Shown here piece by piece: positions 59,067-64,000 of a DNA stretch of 64,000 bases (positions are counted from its first letter, which is position 1; each line of letters starts with the position of its first letter). The notes beneath the pieces are model-generated. The model ran no database searches. It worked only from the letters and a program-made list of their open reading frames with translations, and was not told where the DNA came from. Both the position numbers and the translations under genes were made by a program. The DNA is from an uncultured Candidatus Saccharibacteria bacterium (GTDB lineage Bacteria > Patescibacteriota > Minisyncoccia > UBA6257 > 2-01-FULL-56-20): positions 35,074 through 99,073 of the forward strand of contig CAYWDX010000001.1 in the NCBI GenBank assembly GCA_964456235.1, written 5' to 3'.

Positions 59067-61172
59067 TTACCGCTTCTTCCCTTCGATAATCTGTTGGGCG
59101 ATATTCGCGGGCGCGGGTTCGTAGTGGTCGAATTCCATCGTGAACGAGCCGCGGCCCTGCGACATCGAGCGGAGTTCGGTCGCGTAACCAAACATTTCTG
59201 ACAACGGAATCTTTGCGTCGATTACTTTAAGTCCCGGCCGGTCGCCCATCGATTCAATGCGCCCGCGCTTCGAATTTACATTACCCGTCACCTCGCCCAT
59301 AAAATTATCGGGGACGATGATCTGAATTTTCATGATGGGTTCGAGGATCACCGGCTTCGCGCGCTTTGCCGCTTCCTGAAATGCCATCGAGCCGGCGATT
59401 TTGAACGCCGCTTCGGACGAGTCCACTTCGTGGAATGATCCGTCATAGAGAGTGACTTCGACATCTACCACTGGATAGCCAGCGAGGATGCCCTTATCGG
59501 TCGCCTCTTTGACGCCCTTTTCGGTCGGATTGATGAACTCTTTGGGAATCGCGCCTCCTTTAATTTCGTCGAGGAACACAAAACCCTGCCCGCGCTCAAG
59601 CGGCTTCACGCGCAAGCGGACGTGGCCGTATTGCCCGCGCCCACCGGATTGTTTGATATATTTCCCCTCCGCTTCCGCTTCGCCCATGATCGTTTCTTTG
59701 TACGCGACCTGCGGCCGCCCCACATTTGCTTCCACGCCGAATTCACGCTTCATGCGATCCACGATAATTTCCAAGTGCAGCTCGCCCATACCAGAAATAA
59801 TAGTGTCGCCGGTGTCCGCATCCCCCGCCACGCGGAAGGTCGGATCCTCTTCGGCCAGGCGATGGAGCGCCGTGCCCATTTTTTCTTGGTCAGCTTTCGT
59901 TTTCGGTTCGATGCGCAGGCCAATCACCGGTTCAGGGAAGGTAATTTTTTCAAGAATGATCGGGTGGTCAATGTCGGTGAGTGTGTCCCCGGTGGTCGTA
60001 CTCTTCAAGCCCACGATCGCAGCGATTTCACCCGCATAAATTTCATCGACTTCCTCGCGGTCGTTCGCGTGCATGCGGACGATGCGGCCAACGCGCTCCT
60101 GTACGCCTTTCGTTGCATTATAGATGTAGGAGCCGCGCTTGATCACACCCGCGTAATTGCGGAAGAATGCCAGACTCCCCACAAACGGGTCGGTCGCGAT
60201 TTTAAACGCAAGCGCGGTGAACGGTTCGCTGTCGTTTGCCTTGCGTTCAACTTCGGCGCCCGTTTTTTCGTCATGGCCTTTGACCGGAGGCAGGTCCGTC
60301 GGAGAAGGGAGAAACTCCACGACCGCGTCGAGCATGAATTGGACGCCTTTATTTTTTAGCGCCGAGCCGCACAACACCGGAATAATGTTGTTCGCGATCA
60401 CCGCCTTGCGCAGCGTCTTGCGCAAATTTTCCAAAGAAATTTCTTTACCGTCAAGATACTCTGCCATCACCGCGTCATCGTTTTCCGCAATCCTTTCAAT
60501 AAGATCATGGCGGTGCTTCGCGACCGTCTCTTTCAGGTCATCGGGGATCGGGATCTCCACCATCTTTTCGCCGTGCTCGCCCTCAAAACCATAGGCTTTG
60601 TTTTCAAGCAAATTAATGATTCCTTTAAAATTCGCCTCTGAACCGATCGGCAGCTGGATCGGAATTGCGTGTTTGGTCAAACGATCCAAGATCGACTGGA
60701 AACTTTTTTGGAACGATGCGCCCGAGCGGTCGAGCTTATTGATAAAACAGATGCGCGGCACTTTGTAGTCGTCCGCGTAGCGCCAGTTTGTTTCCGACTG
60801 CGGTTCGACGCCCGCGACACCGTCGAACACGACGACCGCGCCGTCCAAAACGCGGAGCGAACGCTTCACCTCAACCGTGAAGTCAATGTGGCCAGGCGTG
60901 TCGATCAAGTTGATGCGATGCTCGTGCGCCTTATTCCCCTTTTCATAGGTGGGGATCCAGAACGCCGTTGTCGCAGCGCTCGTGATCGTGATGCCGCGCT
61001 CGCGCTCTTGTTCCATCCAATCCATTACGGTGTCGCCCGTGTGCACCTCGCCAATCTTGTGCGAAACGCCGGTATAAAAAAGGACGCGTTCAGAGACGGT
61101 CGTCTTGCCGGCATCGATATGCGCGATGATGCCGATGTTTCTGGTTTTTTCGATGGGGTATTGTCGGGGCAT
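59067..61172 (-). CDS. fusA: Elongation factor G
   Basis: [22 protein letters not shown] and GMGELHL motifs. Confidence 0.99.
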   Translation of the reverse strand: MPRQYPIEKTRNIGIIAHIDAGKTTVSERVLFYTGVSHKIGEVHTGDTVMDWMEQERERGITITSAATTAFWIPTYEKGNKAHEHRINLIDTPGHIDFTVEVKRSLRVLDGAVVVFDGVAGVEPQSETNWRYADDYKVPRICFINKLDRSGASFQKSFQSILDRLTKHAIPIQLPIGSEANFKGIINLLENKAYGFEGEHGEKMVEIPIPDDLKETVAKHRHDLIERIAENDDAVMAEYLDGKEISLENLRKTLRKAVIANNIIPVLCGSALKNKGVQFMLDAVVEFLPSPTDLPPVKGHDEKTGAEVERKANDSEPFTALAFKIATDPFVGSLAFFRNYAGVIKRGSYIYNATKGVQERVGRIVRMHANDREEVDEIYAGEIAAIVGLKSTTTGDTLTDIDHPIILEKITFPEPVIGLRIEPKTKADQEKMGTALHRLAEEDPTFRVAGDADTGDTIISGMGELHLEIIVDRMKREFGVEANVGRPQVAYKETIMGEAEAEGKYIKQSGGRGQYGHVRLRVKPLERGQGFVFLDEIKGGAIPKEFINPTEKGVKEATDKGILAGYPVVDVEVTLYDGSFHEVDSSEAAFKIAGSMAFQEAAKRAKPVILEPIMKIQIIVPDNFMGEVTGNVNSKRGRIESMGDRPGLKVIDAKIPLSEMFGYATELRSMSQGRGSFTMEFDHYEPAPANIAQQIIEGKKR

Positions 61173-61236
61173 GCTTTTGATTCGCTGCCGTTAAAAATCC
61201 TCGCGCCGGGACGCGGGCGCAGTCATCATAATACTA

Positions 61237-61704
61237 TTATCGTGCAAAGTGGGCGAAGGCGCGGTTTGCTTCGGCCATGCGGTGCGTGTCCTGTTTCTTT
61301 TTGATGGCCGATCCTTCGTTCTTTGATGCCGCGATCAATTCGTCCGCCAATTTTTCCGCCATCGGCTTCCCTTTTTTGGAACGCGCTGCGTCGATGATCC
61401 AGCGAACCGCAAGGATGAAGCGCCGCTCGGGACGCACCTCGCGCGGAACCTGGTAGTTCGCGCCGCCGACGCGCTTAGAAGCTACCTCGAGGAGCGGCGA
61501 CACATTTTCCATCGCCTTTTCAAAAACTTTCAGCGGATCGTCTTTCGTCGTTTCTTTCACTTTTTCGAGCGCGGCGTAGACCACGCGCTCGGCGGTGGAT
61601 TTTTTACCATCCTTCATCACGTAATTGATGAACCGGCCGAGCTCAACGCGGCCGTGGACCACGTCGGGTTGATAATATTTTTTGTAGACGCGCTTCTTTC
61701 TCAT
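61237..61704 (-). CDS. rpsG: 30S ribosomal protein S7
   Basis: GKKSTA, RVGGANYQVP and HRMAEANRAFAHF motifs. Confidence 0.99.
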   Translation of the reverse strand: MRKKRVYKKYYQPDVVHGRVELGRFINYVMKDGKKSTAERVVYAALEKVKETTKDDPLKVFEKAMENVSPLLEVASKRVGGANYQVPREVRPERRFILAVRWIIDAARSKKGKPMAEKLADELIAASKNEGSAIKKKQDTHRMAEANRAFAHFAR

Positions 61705-61733
61705 GTTTACTCTATATATATGATCGCTTTCGG

Positions 61734-62153
61734 CTAGGCGGCAGGTTTCGGTCGCTTCGCGCCGTATTTCGAGCGCTGCTGTTTTCGATTTTCAACACCG
61801 GTTGTGTCGAGAACGCCGCGGACGATGTGATAGCGCACGCCCGGCAAGTCCTTCACGCGGCCGCCGCGCACCATGACGATAGAGTGCTCCTGGAGTGCAT
61901 GGCCTTCGCCGGGAATATACGCCGTGATTTCCATGCCGTTCGTGAGGCGCACGCGAGCCACCTTACGCAACGCCGAGTTCGGTTTTTTCGGGGTCGTCGT
62001 GAAAACTTTTACGCACACCCCGCGCTTAAAGGGCGACCCAGAATCCACCGGACGATTTTTGATCGAATTAAAATAGTATGACAACGCCGGCGACTTGCTC
62101 TTTGCCTTTTGCGGTGCTCTTCCCCTCTTAATTAGCTGACCGATAGTCGGCAT
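61734..62153 (-). CDS. rpsL: 30S ribosomal protein S12
   Basis: [10 protein letters not shown] and [10 protein letters not shown] motifs. Confidence 0.99.
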   Translation of the reverse strand: MPTIGQLIKRGRAPQKAKSKSPALSYYFNSIKNRPVDSGSPFKRGVCVKVFTTTPKKPNSALRKVARVRLTNGMEITAYIPGEGHALQEHSIVMVRGGRVKDLPGVRYHIVRGVLDTTGVENRKQQRSKYGAKRPKPAA

Positions 62154-62161
62154 GTGGAAGA

Positions 62162-62190
62162 ATTGTACTAGCAGTGTTGTTTTCTGTCAA
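62162..62190 (-). promoter_or_regulatory. str operon promoter (near-leaderless rpsL)
   Basis: TTGACA-N17-TACAAT ending 8 nt before the ATG. Confidence 0.8.
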
Positions 62191-62235
62191 ACAAAGTATA
62201 TTATTATGGCAGATTCCGCGGCACGATACACGAAC

Positions 62236-62308
62236 GGGCCGTTAGCTCAGTTGGCAGAGCGCATCATTTGCAATGATGAGGTCACCGGTTCGAATCCGGT
62301 ACGGTCCA
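62236..62308 (+). tRNA. tRNA-Ala(UGC)
   Basis: Cloverleaf with CATCA-TTTGCAA-TGATG and the G3:U70 Ala identity pair. Confidence 0.95.
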
Positions 62309-62330
62309 CTCAGGAAATCTCTTTTTTGGA

Positions 62331-62825
62331 TCACGCACCTTTTCTTTTTATGGGCCGCATAACTCCCGGAAATACCTTGACGATAGCACCTAGAAGAACC
62401 ATGACAGGAGTGTAGAAAAATAGGACGAACGGTAGCGTCGTCAAGCCCATCATGGAGCCACTATATGTCCAGACGTCTATATGGTAGGTCCATGGATTCT
62501 GAATAAATACAGATCCTTGCGCTACAATGGTGAACATTATTGGCAAGGCGAAACATGCGATCCCGGCCAGGAGAGCTCCGTTCAAAATCTGCAAGGCCAT
62601 TTTTATTGGTGGTAATAGTTTACTCAGTTCAAAGAAGACGTACGCGGCGATATATAGTGCCACCATTGGATAAAAGATAAAAGCTGAATGGTCGACTTTT
62701 TCTTTCCCTCCGACGACGTCGAAGTACGTATTCATCAGGACCGCAAAAAAGATGGCGATAGTTATAACAAGCCCAAAACGCTTTTCGATATTTTCTATAA
62801 GATTCTCGAAGTTGGAATCAGCCAT
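62331..62825 (-). CDS. Hypothetical four-TM membrane protein
   Basis: Hydrophobic ORF. TATTCT lies 6 nt before the ATG at 62825 (alternative start 62879). Confidence 0.65.
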   Translation of the reverse strand: MADSNFENLIENIEKRFGLVITIAIFFAVLMNTYFDVVGGKEKVDHSAFIFYPMVALYIAAYVFFELSKLLPPIKMALQILNGALLAGIACFALPIMFTIVAQGSVFIQNPWTYHIDVWTYSGSMMGLTTLPFVLFFYTPVMVLLGAIVKVFPGVMRPIKRKGA

Positions 62826-62883
62826 GTCTTCAGAATAGAAGCGTTGAAGATTTTGTCTAGGAATCACCATTCCTACCATAATA

Positions 62884-62916
62884 AAAAGAAGGGCCCTGCT
62901 GGTTAGCAGGGCTCTT
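62884..62916 (-). terminator. Terminator of the 62933-63223 cassette
   Basis: GCCCTGCT-AACC-AGCAGGGC followed by CCTTCTTTTT. Confidence 0.8.
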
Positions 62917-62932
62917 GGTTGCGGAGATTGAA

Positions 62933-63223
62933 TCAGTTGACGGTGGTCGGGACGAAGCCGGCAGTGTTGATGCTCAGGCGTTCGGACCCGATCTCGACCA
63001 TCACGGCGATGTGCCCGAGGTCGACACGGAACGACCTCTTGTCCGGACTCATCACGAGCCCAGAGACCGGCTGTCCCGCGAGGACGCTGGCCAGCGTGGC
63101 GGTGTCCGCGACCTCTTCCTTTCGATGGATCAGGTCGGGCGGGATTGCGATCAAGCGGACGCCCGCGTTGCCAGTCAAGACTTGGAGCTGATTGCCCATG
63201 AGGACGGGCAATTGCAATCTCAT
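62933..63223 (-). CDS. Orphan 96-aa protein (SD-led cassette)
   Basis: TTGCCA-N17-TATATT with TGn at 63258-63286, GGGAGGT 7 nt before the ATG, and its own terminator. Confidence 0.65.
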   Translation of the reverse strand: MRLQLPVLMGNQLQVLTGNAGVRLIAIPPDLIHRKEEVADTATLASVLAGQPVSGLVMSPDKRSFRVDLGHIAVMVEIGSERLSINTAGFVPTTVN

Positions 63224-63301
63224 CGATACTACCTCCCAGAATTTAGGTACCAAAAGTAATATAGCATATGACTCGTCTTTTGGCAAGTGTGGATAACCGC
63301 G

Positions 63302-63940
63302 CTAGAGTCCGAGCGATTGTCCGGTGAAAAGCGTGAACAGGAAATTCACGGGCGGCAGGATGACGCCGAACCCGAAAATGACGAAGGCGAGAATGAATAT
63401 GAGCCCCCATCTCTCCAAAAAATAGGTAGCTCGAGCAAGTCCTTCGGTGTGAGGCAAAAGCGCGAACAGGATGCGCGAGCCGTCGAGCGGCGGGATCGGC
63501 ACGAGATTAAAAATTCCTAAAAGAAGATTTATGAAAACGATGATGCCGAACATGAGCAAGAGGTGCGCTGGCACGCCCGGAAATAAAATGAGGACGCGGA
63601 TCGCAATGCCAAAAATGAGTGCGAGTAAAAAGTTGGTGGCGGGTCCGGCGAGCGCAATCTTCGCTCCCCCGCTCCGCGGATCTTTCAGATTTTCCGGATT
63701 ATAAGGAACGGGCTTTGCCGCGGCAAAAAAGAAGGCGCCGCCAGATGCAATATAAAGGAGGAGTGGCATGAGGACCGATCCAAAAGGATCGAGATGCTTT
63801 AAAGGATTTAATGTGAGGCGTCCGGCATCACGCGCGGTCGAGTCGCCGAGACGTTCCGCTTCGAATCCATGCGCAACCTCGTGCAACACGGCAGAAAAAA
63901 TCAAAACGACGAATTCGAAGATGACAATTGCGACATCCAT
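63302..63940 (-). CDS. Site-2 protease family (M50) metalloprotease
   Basis: HEVAH, AGPATN and FNLVPIPPLDGS motifs. Confidence 0.95.
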   Translation of the reverse strand: MDVAIVIFEFVVLIFSAVLHEVAHGFEAERLGDSTARDAGRLTLNPLKHLDPFGSVLMPLLLYIASGGAFFFAAAKPVPYNPENLKDPRSGGAKIALAGPATNFLLALIFGIAIRVLILFPGVPAHLLLMFGIIVFINLLLGIFNLVPIPPLDGSRILFALLPHTEGLARATYFLERWGLIFILAFVIFGFGVILPPVNFLFTLFTGQSLGL

Positions 63941-64000
63941 AAAAATAAGTGTACCATTAAGGCGTTCGGCGCCGCCCCTGCGGCACCCACGCCCTCGTGG

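Overview
A 64-kb core-genome segment of a Patescibacteria (CPR, Parcubacteria-like) bacterium using genetic code 11. The assignment rests on the lack of rpmD/L30 between rpsE and rplO, compact genes and CPR-style gene order. It holds the smc-rnc-nusB-rpmF-rnhB block, the hrcA-grpE-dnaK-dnaJ operon with a variant CIRCE, cysS-dnaB-recR, a PilGHI/Xap-like ABC system, a full F1Fo ATP synthase operon, ftsEX, a +1-frameshifted prfB, dnaE, lysS, greA, the str/S10/spc ribosomal cluster, three tRNAs and two tRNA-like relics. The main unexplained pattern is two gene grammars in one genome. Native genes lack Shine-Dalgarno (SD) sites: about 18 look leaderless (a -10 box 6-8 nt before the start codon) and about 19 start in a Kozak-like RCC-ATG context. 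Scattered among them are 8 orphan single-gene cassettes, each with a -35/-10 promoter and an SD, most with their own terminator. Several encode proteins that I recall as Acidobacteria-like, and one ends in a possible beta-clamp-binding motif. There are also about 5 ORF-free promoter-terminator units (candidate sRNAs), one of which displays a bare anti-SD sequence between two hairpins. Whether this is simple horizontal transfer or a host-directed RNA/effector system is inference and needs testing. All motif and coordinate calls were made by eye.
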